Positions 47,240 through 57,480 of a stretch of DNA of 64,000 nt are shown piece by piece. The stretch's first letter is position 1; every line of letters begins with the position of its first letter. A program made the position numbers and the translations under genes. Below the pieces are notes generated by a model, which was not told the DNA's origin, searched no databases, and saw nothing but the letters and a program-made list of their open reading frames with translations. Source of the stretch: Diplonema japonicum (taxonomy: Eukaryota; Protista; Euglenozoa: Diplonemea); assembly GCA_964019335.1 (NCBI GenBank), contig OZ025709.1, positions 124,001 to 188,000 on the forward strand, given 5' to 3'.

Positions 47240-47686
47240 ATTTTCAGTTTTCGCAGAAATGCATGGGATAGAAAAAGTGATAAGGAACTAAAAAAAAAAA
47301 AAAAAAAAAAAAAAGAGACTATTTAAGGGTGCCTGCAGTATGTGGCAGGGCGCCCTGCACAAGTATCGTCTACTTGATTACAGGGGGCGCGCCTCGGCCT
47401 AGTTGTAGCTTCTTCTGCGTTCCGCGTCGTGTCCTTAATGCATGCGGTGTGCAACTCAACCCCAGCCATGGTGCCCCTGGTAACCAAGATTCTGAACCCG
47501 TGCAGTTTGCTGCCTGTTCGTCACCCTGAGCATCTGCGATACGTTCTTCCACTCGGGCGCTACCGGTGATGACCGACGTGGAGGTCAACAGCGAACAACA
47601 CATCTGATGTGCTTCTTTATATTTCCATATTTCTGTGTTATCCCCACTACCAATAAAGTACAGAAACTGTAGCTTTAGAATCGTTG

Positions 47687-47719
<33 letters not shown>

Positions 47720-48188
47720 AAAACTTTTTTTTTTTATTATTATTATTTTTATTATTATTATTTTACTTCTTCGGAAAAATTACTTACACTAAAGTCTTCA
47801 GAAAATGCCGAAGCAACAGAATGAGAAGAGCGACTGGCAGGAAAGGCAATCCTGATAGTGGCAGTGCCAGAGTCAACAAAGGGAGGGACATGTATTGCAA
47901 CCCCTCTCTTGTTGTACCCCTTGTCACCTCTTTTGCCTGTTGTAGTGAAGTATTTTCAGAGAGTCGTGGAAAATAAAACCACTTACCTGTCACCATGAAA
48001 GGACTTTTACCGCCTCTCCGGGCCCTCGGTGGAACGGGTTTGCGGTACAGAGTCATATACTTGTTGGTAGCAAGCAGCTATTTCTTTCTTTTTCTTTTTT
48101 TTTTTTCTTCTCCACAATCCTGTGTTTTTTTAATAAGAAAACAACCCGAGTAACAAGGGGTACTATATAGTGACAAAATTTTATACTC

Positions 48189-48220
<32 letters not shown>

Positions 48221-49299
48221 CACCCCCGATTGGTCTGAGAAGAGTAAACTATGCGCTTAGCCTGTGGTACCTTCACAGGTATCTCAACCATCCACAATTC
48301 GGAGTGGTTCGCCACCGTTAAAAGGGGGTAGGAATCTCTTGCCTCTTTTCTTCTCTCGTTTCTTTCCCCCCCCCCTTTTTTTTCTCTTTTTTTTTTTTTC
48401 TTCTTGCTATTTCATTTCATTTCATTGTGTGGTTTAACTCTATGTAACCAAAGGAACCATACATTTAATATGAAAGACGAAGCAGAAAAAACTCAAATTA
48501 ACATGCAAACTCCCAGAGCGAAAGCCGCATGCCCTAAAAAGGGAGGGGGTATGGTCAGTACTAGGTATCTCTCAGTTTCGAATTAATCTTGCGACTCCTC
48601 CAAGTGCTGATCTCTTCAGGCAAGAAGCACCCTTCATTGGCTCCCACTAGCGTCCCAGTGGGTTTGGAGAGTACTTTTCCCGACCACAAAAAAATAATAC
48701 CGGATTTGTATTTTATTCTGTTCAGTATTAATAATGTGCTGTATAATGCTGTTTAATTATGTGCCCCTTTTTTTTCGGAACCCCGACTTTGGACTTTATA
48801 CGGAACAATACAAAAAAAAAGTTATTTTCGTTTTCCCACTTATTTACCATCTCAAACAGTTCCAGGCCTAATTGTCGCTCCATGGCTTCCTGACTACTCA
48901 TTGCAGAGGTGGACCGAGGCAGAAGGAGGAGCTGGGACGCGGAAATGGACCCCAACAAGAGCACCTCGAAGCCGGTCGCTACGCAAGCGATGTGGGGTAT
49001 TTTGTTTTCTTGGATCTTTTTTTTTTTGTAAAATCTTATGTTCTCTTTTCCCGAAATTTTCTTTTTTTGCCCAAGTTTGGGACTTTTTTACATTATAAAT
49101 ACAAATCCGGTACGGGGAAAAAAAAAAAAAAAAAAAAAAACGAGACCAAGGTCAAAGTGCAATAAAAGGTTTTTTTCTTCTTTTTTATATATTATTTCGA
49201 CAAAAAAAAGAGGAAAAAAAAAGGGGGGGGGACGCTTCTGATAAACGAAACGGAGTTGAGGAGAATCCCCATTCAGAAAAAAAAAAAAAAAAAAAAAAA

Positions 49300-49429
49300 T
49301 CGATAAAGTTTCAGTGTGCATGGGGGTGCTCACTGTTCAGGTAGAAAGTCACACTAATCGACCACCGTTCTGCGGGTGCTGTCTGGTACCTGCTTGTGGC
49401 TGTGTGTCGCGATGAGATGGACGGCATCT
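49300..49429 (-). repeat. Family B hairpin-oligo(T) dispersed repeat; long copy at 61248-61373, short variants at 4037-4074 and 40146-40180, degenerate copy at ~9472
   Basis: Plus strand (A)n-TCGATAAAGTTTCAGTGTGCATGGGGGTGCTCACTG... is shared, with a CAGTG/CACTG stem. Confidence 0.8.
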
Positions 49430-49743
49430 GGGCGAGAAAGGGGGGCTGGAAGAAAAAAAAAGGAAAAAAAAAAAAAGAGACATTTAAGGGTACCTGCGGT
49501 ATGCGGCAGGACGCTTGAAGAGTCTCAACTTATCTCTTGGTCGAACCTTTTTGCTGTGGTGTGGCCTTCGGTGGCCCCTCGCTCAACCTTCTCGGTACCT
49601 TAGGTATAAAACCCTCAACCGGGTTGGTAAGGACACAATAGTTGTACAGTTGTTTCTCAAGGATATGGCGGGTTGCCGGGGAGTAGCCCCTTATGGAGCC
49701 GTAAATAGTAACCCAACATGCGTAGGGGAGGGAGGGGGGGGGA

Positions 49744-51825
49744 CTAAACGAGAACCTTTGTCAAAACATCTTCCCTCGTTGGTTGCATTAAGGTTTCTGC
49801 CAGCGTGTCTCCCGTTGGCCTACTATAATTTTTCCGCCAGCACCACACACCAAATGCAGCCATGACCAACAACACGGCAGCAGCGATAAGCACAATGACC
49901 AGAGTAGTGTGAGTGTTGCTGCCGCTCCCACTGGGGCTCCGAGGGTACTCTGGGGGTGTAGATCCCACGGTGTCGTTAATATATTCGATTCTAATAAGAG
50001 ACATCCCCGCATCCGCAACATATACCATGTCACCTACGCACGAAATACCACGAGCTTCGCCGCTTAATCTTGCTATGCTAAAGTAGTCGATGAAAATCGG
50101 TGACGACGGCGAGCTGATGTCCACCAGCTCCAGGCCGTATTGGAAGGAGATGACTGCGGAGTCCCCAATCAAATCAAGATCGTTGGAGCCCCCCCACAGT
50201 TCGCCTACACCTGCAGCGCTTGTCGTTCCCACCTTTAGAGTTCCGATTGTAACTGGGTGTCGAGGATTGCTCGTGTCCACCACGTACAAACCCTTGTTCC
50301 CCGTGACGTAAACAGTGTGGAGGCGTATTGCTATCGCCTCCGCCCTGCCATCAATATTCACGCTGCTGATAAACATTGGGGTTGAAGGCGTTTCAACATC
50401 AAGCAACACCAGCCCGTCGAAAAATCCTGCAACGTAAGCTATCTTACCGGACACTATCACATCGCTGGCGTATAGATCGGGGAAAGTGCTGATAAGAGAG
50501 ATTTTGGAGGGGTTTCTTATATCGAGTAGTTGCAGCCCGTCTGAGTTCGAACCCACGTAGGCGATGGTTCCTGATACGTGAACGGAGTGCGCGCAGTGCA
50601 CGAGGCCGCCTGGTTCGAATTTTCCGAGAATTGTTGGTCGATGCGGCACGCTCACGTTGAAGGCGTAGAAATAGGGACACGATGCCACGTATGCTATGCT
50701 GCCCACAACCTGAACCGCGTTGCTTTTCCCGGTTGAGCCCAGTATCGTTGCGACCTCGTCGTAGGAACCCACTACAGTCGGGGACACGGGGTTTGAGATG
50801 TCAATCACTTGCAATGTTTTGCTTCCTACAAGGTACGCGTAGTTTCCAGAGACAGCCACATCTCTTGCACCACACGGCTGGTTGAAATCTTCCAGCAGTA
50901 CCGGCGCCGATGAATTAGACACATCCAGCATTTGTATACCCGCCTTGGCCACGTACGCCGTCGTTCCCTCCACGCGGATACGTGTGTCGATTTTTCGTTT
51001 CGCGGAGGGTCTAGTGCTGAGGAGAATTGGTGAGTCTGGAGTGCTCACGTTGACCATCGTAAGGCCCAGATAATCTGCTATGTAAGCAGTGTTGTTCGCT
51101 ATGTAAACCCCTCCGTCAACACTGTCGGTGAAAGTTGTTATAAACGAAGGCGACAACGGGTCTTCCACACCGAAGATTAGAAGGCCTTCTCCTGTTGCGG
51201 CGTACGCCGTGGTACCTGAGACGAACAGCTCCCCCGCAAAGGTCACGTTGGTCTCGACAGAGCCCAGGGGGAGCGGAGTATATGGGTCGCTGAAGTCAAA
51301 AATACGAAAGGTCAGCTTAACGCTACCGGTTAAGCAGTACAAAATCGTGCCCGCAACGAAAAAATTCCGAACGGAACCTAGCTTCTCGTGGCTGTCGTAG
51401 AGCACCTCGTACACAAACGTGTCCACGAGGTCGGAGGTCATGTTCACGGCAAGAATCGTATTCCGTGTAGTTCTGGCGTAGGTAATACCCTCAGACACTT
51501 GCACTGATTCGCAATACTCTGGACACCACCCATCTACATACCCAGCAGTTATTCGAAGTACACCGGACTCTCTGTCCGCCACGAAGATGGTGTCCCCTAC
51601 CACGTCAATGCCACTTGCATAGCCTGTCCATACCCGGTATAGCTCCTGCGCGTTGCCGGGTTCCTTTACATCGATTGCTACAAGCCCCGAGGTGCCTGCT
51701 GCAACATATGCTATCCCATTCACCACCTTCAGGTCTCTGATCGTGTCGATCATGTATAATTCCCCCACTTGGATCCATGTTGTTGCCCCAACGGCCACTG
51801 CATAACAGAGAAAAAGCAGCGCCAT
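49744..51825 (-). CDS. LVIVD-repeat type I membrane protein (paralog 2)
   Basis: Signal peptide MALLFLCYAVAVGA, LVIVD repeats and a C-terminal TM helix. Confidence 0.85.
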   Translation of the reverse strand: MALLFLCYAVAVGATTWIQVGELYMIDTIRDLKVVNGIAYVAAGTSGLVAIDVKEPGNAQELYRVWTGYASGIDVVGDTIFVADRESGVLRITAGYVDGWCPEYCESVQVSEGITYARTTRNTILAVNMTSDLVDTFVYEVLYDSHEKLGSVRNFFVAGTILYCLTGSVKLTFRIFDFSDPYTPLPLGSVETNVTFAGELFVSGTTAYAATGEGLLIFGVEDPLSPSFITTFTDSVDGGVYIANNTAYIADYLGLTMVNVSTPDSPILLSTRPSAKRKIDTRIRVEGTTAYVAKAGIQMLDVSNSSAPVLLEDFNQPCGARDVAVSGNYAYLVGSKTLQVIDISNPVSPTVVGSYDEVATILGSTGKSNAVQVVGSIAYVASCPYFYAFNVSVPHRPTILGKFEPGGLVHCAHSVHVSGTIAYVGSNSDGLQLLDIRNPSKISLISTFPDLYASDVIVSGKIAYVAGFFDGLVLLDVETPSTPMFISSVNIDGRAEAIAIRLHTVYVTGNKGLYVVDTSNPRHPVTIGTLKVGTTSAAGVGELWGGSNDLDLIGDSAVISFQYGLELVDISSPSSPIFIDYFSIARLSGEARGISCVGDMVYVADAGMSLIRIEYINDTVGSTPPEYPRSPSGSGSNTHTTLVIVLIAAAVLLVMAAFGVWCWRKNYSRPTGDTLAETLMQPTREDVLTKVLV

Positions 51826-51938
51826 GTTACGGGGGGTAGGGGGGGAGGGACCTCTCCTGCAAGACGGCGTGAGGAGGGGGGGAAGAAGAAAAAATAGTTT
51901 TTGCACAATACACTTTTTTTTTTTTTTTTTTTTTTTTT

Positions 51939-52784
51939 TTAAGTTCGTGACCTCGGTGTCCTCGAACGAGCGGTGGACTTTTGGGAGGCGGAGATGTGCA
52001 GTTTTTGATTTTCCTGGATGAGGGCTGTCTCGACGGCCTCAAGGTGGGCAACGCGGTCGGACAGTCGTGCGATGGTGTACTCCTGTTCAGCGTTGAGGGA
52101 TGTAAGAGAGGCGTTTTGCAGCTCGAGGTCTGCGGTGTAGGTGTGATTCTCCCTGGTGACTTGGGAAAGCTTCGCTTCCAACCGCTTGAACTCCCGTTGT
52201 GAAGACTCCACGTGGACCCGCAGCGCCGCTTCCTTCTGCGACATTTCTACCGCGTGCAGACTGCATTTCTTCTCAAGAGTTTTTCGCCCCAGCTCCACAC
52301 TGTCCATGTCCGTTTGCAGGCCTCGTACTTCCGACTGCAAACCGGCAATTGTAACGTCACGTTCTGCAATGATGCCTTCGAGCCGTGCGGCTTCTTTGAC
52401 TTGATCGACTCGGGTGTGGGATTCGTCGATGGCTGAGGAGAGCTTTTCGTCCTCTCTGGTCTTGTAGGATGTCAGTTCCTCCTCCAAGGAAGCAATCTTC
52501 TTCAAGGCCTCTTTCAGCATGTTATCTGTGTGTGTGTTCAGCCCTAGCAGTGGGACGTCAGACACTATTGATGACCGTGCGCTGTCCAATCTGTGCGATG
52601 GTGAGACGGGCTGTACACTGGTGAAGTTTCCCAGTACCTTTGTTGAAACGCCTGCTGTGTCCTGCTCCGTGCTGCGCACCCCGATCATGGGCGGGGGGGT
52701 CATACTGCCTACCCTTGGTATCGCTACGATAGGAGGTTCCTTCTTTTTTTTTGTTTTCTTCCGACGCTCGCTCCCGGAGCGCAT
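51939..52784 (-). CDS. Coiled-coil protein (start uncertain; upstream exons possible)
   Basis: Heptad-rich E/K/L region of about 170 aa. Confidence 0.6.
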   Translation of the reverse strand: MRSGSERRKKTKKKKEPPIVAIPRVGSMTPPPMIGVRSTEQDTAGVSTKVLGNFTSVQPVSPSHRLDSARSSIVSDVPLLGLNTHTDNMLKEALKKIASLEEELTSYKTREDEKLSSAIDESHTRVDQVKEAARLEGIIAERDVTIAGLQSEVRGLQTDMDSVELGRKTLEKKCSLHAVEMSQKEAALRVHVESSQREFKRLEAKLSQVTRENHTYTADLELQNASLTSLNAEQEYTIARLSDRVAHLEAVETALIQENQKLHISASQKSTARSRTPRSRT

Positions 52785-52859
52785 TTTCTTTTTTATTTTA
52801 TTTTTTTTTTCTTTTTTTTATTTTTTCTTGTCATGAGGGGACCATACAATGCAAGAGGG

Positions 52860-52892
<33 letters not shown>

Positions 52893-52993
52893 GCAGCTAA
52901 TTTTAATGCCAACCCATGTAAGTAATGACTTAAACACCGCGAGAGGGAACCGAGAGTGGCGCTAAAGCATTACTTGGGAGGCATGTAAAGTGG

Positions 52994-53027
<34 letters not shown>

Positions 53028-53293
53028 TATTTCACGACACTCTTGAAAAAATTACTTTCACATACAATTCTTCCCAGTCCTTTTCTCTTTGCTTTGGCAT
53101 TTCACTTTGCTGGTGGGGGTCCAGAATGTTGGTCAACAGGAATCGAATCACACCTCACGAAAAAGCCAAAAAAAAAAACCTCATAGTGAAGGGCCATTAA
53201 TTCAACGTTGGGGGGGGGGGCAGCGTTTCATTAAAGAGCCCTCCCCGAGTGCGTGACGTAATTTCAGAAGAGTGGAACAAAATAAAAATAACC

Positions 53294-53338
<45 letters not shown>

Positions 53339-53587
53339 TATGGGGGAAAGAGGAAGGTTGAGGAACTAGTGAAGAATAATTATACTCGGCGAGCGCAAAA
53401 ACACAAAAGAGGGGGGAAGAAAAAAAATATGAGATAAAAGGAGGCTCCTGTTTTTGGAACGTCCCCCTTGTGTCTATTGGAACGTCCCCCTTGTGCCGCT
53501 TCAGCTTTTGATGTTCTCCTCTCGTGCCTCATCGGCCTCCCGTGCGTATCCTTCTTCAGCTCTTTCAGGTGGTGCATTACTTCAGGG

Positions 53588-53619
<32 letters not shown>

Positions 53620-54072
53620 GACGTTGTTCGTTTTTCGGTGCTTTTGTTCCCCCCTTGATTTCCTCACTTTCTTTTTTTTTTTTTAAACTCTCTCTCCCCC
53701 TGCTTCCTGACAAGAAAAAAAAAAAAAAAACAAAGAAGAAAAAAAAAAAACAAAGAAGGTTTTTTTTTTTGTTTCAGAACTATACACGCTTCTCCCTCTT
53801 TTTTCTTTCTCCCATCTCTTTTTTTTTCCCCCGCCCCTCTCCCTCTCCAAATTTTTTCCCCTCCACTTTTCCCTTCATGCATCATTTTTTTTAATTCAAG
53901 ATTTTCAAAAAAAAAAAAAAAAAAAAACCAGCCAGAGTATAGAAAAAAAAAAATGAAGAAGGGCACGAATACGGATATCTGGGAAAAAAAAAAGAGGGGG
54001 TGGGGGGGGGGGGAGAGGGTTTAAAAAAAAAAAAAAAGCAGAGTTTACACAATACAAAAAAAAAAAAAATTC

Positions 54073-55203
54073 TCATTCCAGTGCCCCGCCACAGCTTGAT
54101 CCACTCCCCGCGGTACATCCATAGCAGTGGGGTCCCATACCGATTTGCCTGCCGGTGATTTCGTTGAAGTTCGCGATGTCCCAGATGGACACGCGTTGCA
54201 AAGGCGAGGTATCACCAGCATGGCGGCCAAGAGGAAGCTGCAACTGTTGGTTAAAATCGCAATCATGTACATCCCCGTCCCATTTAATCGAAACGGTGTC
54301 GCGGCACATCAAAGAGGCTACGGTAGACGGGTTGAACGAGGAGACCAACAGCGACATATACCCAGCAAGCTTCCCTTCTTTTTTAAGATCGTCAGCGAAC
54401 CGCTTCACAGGAAGGTTTGTAATGGTGAACAACGACGTAAAATGAATACCGAAAACCTCTAAGAGCTTCTCTTTGTAGGCAACTTCCAAAACCTCCTGTT
54501 TCGGCGGGAGAAAGGGTCCCAACGGGTTGTAAACAAGGTTCAGAGTTAAACCGGTTCCTTCTTTACCGTAACCGACGGAGTTTAACTTTTTCAATCCATC
54601 GATGGAAAGATCAAAGACGCCATCACCGCGTTGGGCATCGACGTTATCATGAGAATAACACGGCATCGAAGCTATAACCATTACTTTGTTCGCAGCCAGA
54701 AACTCTGCTGTGTCCTCCTGGCCGTCTAGAGACAGAACTGTAAGGTTGCACCTGTCAATTATGGTCTCAACACCTGCTGCACGTGCTGAGGTCACTAACT
54801 TCCTGAAGAACGGGTTCATTTCAGGAGCACCGCCAGTGATGTCAAGGGTGGTGATGGTGTCGGTTGCTTTGAGAAGTTCAACCAGTCTGTCGATCACCCG
54901 TTCGTCCATGTTCTCTAAAACCCTCGCCGGGCTTGATTCGACGTGGCAGTGGGTGCAGGATTGGTTGCATAAAAGCCCGATATTGACTTGGAGTGTTTTC
55001 GTGTCGATTCTTTGCATCATCCCCAGAAGGCCGTGCTTTTTTAGTGTCTTGTCGAACCCAGGGAGATCTCCTTGGGCGTTGAGCAAGACCTTTTCCCTCT
55101 TGGCGCGCATTCTCTCCTCGCGGTTGCGCAGCCTCTCCAAGATGCCTTCTTTCTTCGCCTCCGTCATCACGCTGCGGAGCCCGCCTCTTACTGCCCTTCT
55201 CAT
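54073..55203 (-). CDS. Radical SAM / Cys-rich protein of the ArsS (arsenosugar biosynthesis, DUF3641) family
   Basis: TLQVNIG..CNQSCTHCHV, LDITGGAPEMNP, IDRCNLT, QRG.GVF, LNLVYNP, LMCR, DCDFNQ and HCYGCTAG.GSSCGG motifs. Confidence 0.88.
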   Translation of the reverse strand: MRRAVRGGLRSVMTEAKKEGILERLRNREERMRAKREKVLLNAQGDLPGFDKTLKKHGLLGMMQRIDTKTLQVNIGLLCNQSCTHCHVESSPARVLENMDERVIDRLVELLKATDTITTLDITGGAPEMNPFFRKLVTSARAAGVETIIDRCNLTVLSLDGQEDTAEFLAANKVMVIASMPCYSHDNVDAQRGDGVFDLSIDGLKKLNSVGYGKEGTGLTLNLVYNPLGPFLPPKQEVLEVAYKEKLLEVFGIHFTSLFTITNLPVKRFADDLKKEGKLAGYMSLLVSSFNPSTVASLMCRDTVSIKWDGDVHDCDFNQQLQLPLGRHAGDTSPLQRVSIWDIANFNEITGRQIGMGPHCYGCTAGSGSSCGGALE

Positions 55204-55301
55204 TTCTTTTTTTTTTTTCTTCTTCTTTTTTTTCCCCCTCCCTCTTTTTTCTGCGTGTATTATTAAGAATGGAAGAGAAAAGAAAAACGGGTGTTGAAAT
55301 A

Positions 55302-55337
<36 letters not shown>

Positions 55338-55441
55338 GAGAGAGAGAGAAGTTGGCGATTTTTATGCACATCCGTTCGGAAGAACGATGGCTCTTTTTTA
55401 TTTGTCTTTTTTTTTTTAATTTATTTTTTTTTTTTTTTTTT

Positions 55442-57346
55442 TTACTTTATCGGTGGCAGTTGTTGCTCGGTTCGTGCAACCAACGGTAGCTTGCAGGGTG
55501 TGTGGAAGCCTTTAGGCAAGGCGCGCTGCGTGCTGCAAAACGGGATCTTGGGGCGCAGCTTTCTCTTAGGAGACACCGCACTCGCATGCGAGACAAGCGT
55601 ATCGAGCCCAAAAACCTCACTGCATCTCTCGTCAGAGAGTGCTTTAGCGAGCTCACTCCAAAGTTCCTCGGGGTCCTTATTGATGGCCCTCCACTTGGTG
55701 ATATCCTCGTTCAAGAGGACGCGTGTTGCTACAGCTTGTTCCTTGCATGTTTTCATGTGGTCTTTGAGTTCTCGGAATATGGTTTTGACAAGCTCGCCTT
55801 TGGGATCGTTCGTCTCGTCACAGAACCGAATCTGGGATTCGCAACTTTCAAGTAATTCCTCTATATCAGTAATGGTGTAGATTAAGGATGAGCACAATGT
55901 CCCGTGTGTGATGAACAGGGGCAGCAAGCAGTCCCCGATTTGGTTTGTTTTGTCTTCGTCCTTGTCATTGAGATCCATGAGGTAGTCTCGCTGAGAGTTC
56001 ACCAGCGACAGAACGAAGGAATGGTAGAACGGTGTCGTGACGTTCTTCACGTACTTGACGCGGAGCTCGTGCCGAGATATTTTGTCTCGAAGCTGGAGGA
56101 GCGTGTCCTCCGCGGTTTGTATCAGATTCTTCATTTCTGAGGATCTCTCTTCTTCGTTGCGGAGCCTGTCCGTTTGTTTCTGCTCGTGGTCCATCAAGGT
56201 TTCCTGCTGCTTTATCTTGTTCTCCGCGATCAGTTTGCAGACCTCGTCCTTGCGGGTCCTGAACGTTTGTTCCAGCTTCGTGATCTCGGATTTGCATAGT
56301 TCCTGTTGTTTTGTGTTCTCCGCGAGAAAATTCTGGCTTTCCTGTAACGCTCGTGCGATTTCCGCCTCGCGTTCCGCGGCCAATTGTTGCAAACGTGTTT
56401 CCGGGACGGACGCCTCCGCGCGTTCCAAAGCCGGGAGCTGCTTTAGTTTATCTTGCAAGGAATCGAGCTCGAGCTGCAGCTGTACCATTGCCGCACCGCC
56501 GGACACCTCGTGTTCCTTAAAGTGGGATTCTTGTTGTGCTTGGGATGCGACGAGAAGTGACAATTCGTGTGTCAGGAGTTGCTTGTCTGCGAGGAGGTCC
56601 TTGATCAACACTGCTTCGTCTTCCATAACTGGGGAGATCTTCTTCTGGTAACCCCTCGGAGCAGCATTATCCGTTATCTCCCAGCACTTATTTGTTGCTT
56701 TCCTGCATGATTCGGCCGAACTTGCTACGACTTTCAGGTGCGCTTCAATACGATCTGCACGGGACTCTAAATTATCGTGGTACGTAATTTTCCTTACAAG
56801 GCCTTCACGGAGGGTTTCCAAGCCCCAGTTGAACTGGGCTCGGTTTCGCCATGTCCACTGTTGGTTCCATCCTTTTTTTCTGTCTTCGTCGGTGTCGGCT
56901 TCGATGAGCGGGCGGTCGTTTTCAATGATCTCTATGGGATTTGAGAGGAGTTTTTGTAGCTCCTTCCAGTCTTTCGCACGCACAGCGTCCTCCTTCATGA
57001 AGATGTTGACAGAGTCTAGTGCGGTGTCCCATGTCGTGTTCACTTGGTTCACAATTTGTAGCGCCAGCTCGTGGTTTGCAAAGGAGTAGTCGGCGGGTTC
57101 CTTGAGATACCCCTCCATGTTCGACACGGTTTCCTCAGCTACCTCTTTGAAAACACTTTTCTTCGGGTCCTTCATTATGGTGTCGAGCTTGGCCTTCAAA
57201 TCCTTCGCCCCTTTGGTGAACTCGCTTTTGTCCCCTTTCTCTTCGTAATCTGAGACCAACCTGTGTGCTCCGACCTTAAGCCTTCTTAGAAGGCCCGGGT
57301 CTGGGTAGGGTTGCGTCATAACTTCTTCGATCGTTGGGGTGCTCAT
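55442..57346 (-). CDS. Coiled-coil protein, divergent paraflagellar-rod (PFR) domain-like
   Basis: FLAENTKQQELCKSEITKLE and LFITHGTL...QIRFCDETNDP resemble PFR segments as I recall them (F..EN..KQ..C...I..LE; LYLTLG.L...QLEFC.ETFDP). Confidence 0.55.
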   Translation of the reverse strand: MSTPTIEEVMTQPYPDPGLLRRLKVGAHRLVSDYEEKGDKSEFTKGAKDLKAKLDTIMKDPKKSVFKEVAEETVSNMEGYLKEPADYSFANHELALQIVNQVNTTWDTALDSVNIFMKEDAVRAKDWKELQKLLSNPIEIIENDRPLIEADTDEDRKKGWNQQWTWRNRAQFNWGLETLREGLVRKITYHDNLESRADRIEAHLKVVASSAESCRKATNKCWEITDNAAPRGYQKKISPVMEDEAVLIKDLLADKQLLTHELSLLVASQAQQESHFKEHEVSGGAAMVQLQLELDSLQDKLKQLPALERAEASVPETRLQQLAAEREAEIARALQESQNFLAENTKQQELCKSEITKLEQTFRTRKDEVCKLIAENKIKQQETLMDHEQKQTDRLRNEEERSSEMKNLIQTAEDTLLQLRDKISRHELRVKYVKNVTTPFYHSFVLSLVNSQRDYLMDLNDKDEDKTNQIGDCLLPLFITHGTLCSSLIYTITDIEELLESCESQIRFCDETNDPKGELVKTIFRELKDHMKTCKEQAVATRVLLNEDITKWRAINKDPEELWSELAKALSDERCSEVFGLDTLVSHASAVSPKRKLRPKIPFCSTQRALPKGFHTPCKLPLVARTEQQLPPIK

Positions 57347-57418
57347 TTTTCTTTTTTTTTTTTTAAATTTTCTCACCCCCCCCTTTTTTTTTGTAAAGTT
57401 GTAAATTAAATTTAATTT

Positions 57419-57460
<42 letters not shown>

Positions 57461-57480
57461 TAGACATGGGGGGGGAAAAA

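Noticed and set aside
47981-47989. ACTTACCTG, like the U1 snRNA 5' end
   Set aside because: No U1 body follows; it is simply the reverse complement of a CAG|GTAAGT donor-like site.
48555-48625. CTGAAGA...GAAAC...GTA on the minus strand, hammerhead-like
   Set aside because: Stem I cannot form and stem II is weak.
49484-49550. Hammerhead-like arrangement in family A (GTA, stem, (C/T)TGAAGA, stem, GAAC)
   Set aside because: There are four extra nucleotides between stem I and the core, GAAC replaces GAAA, and this copy reads TTGAAGA. Too many core violations.
54073-54093. Possible selenocysteine in the ArsS-like C-terminus
   Set aside because: The relevant codon is TGT (Cys), and the TGA falls at the normal family end.
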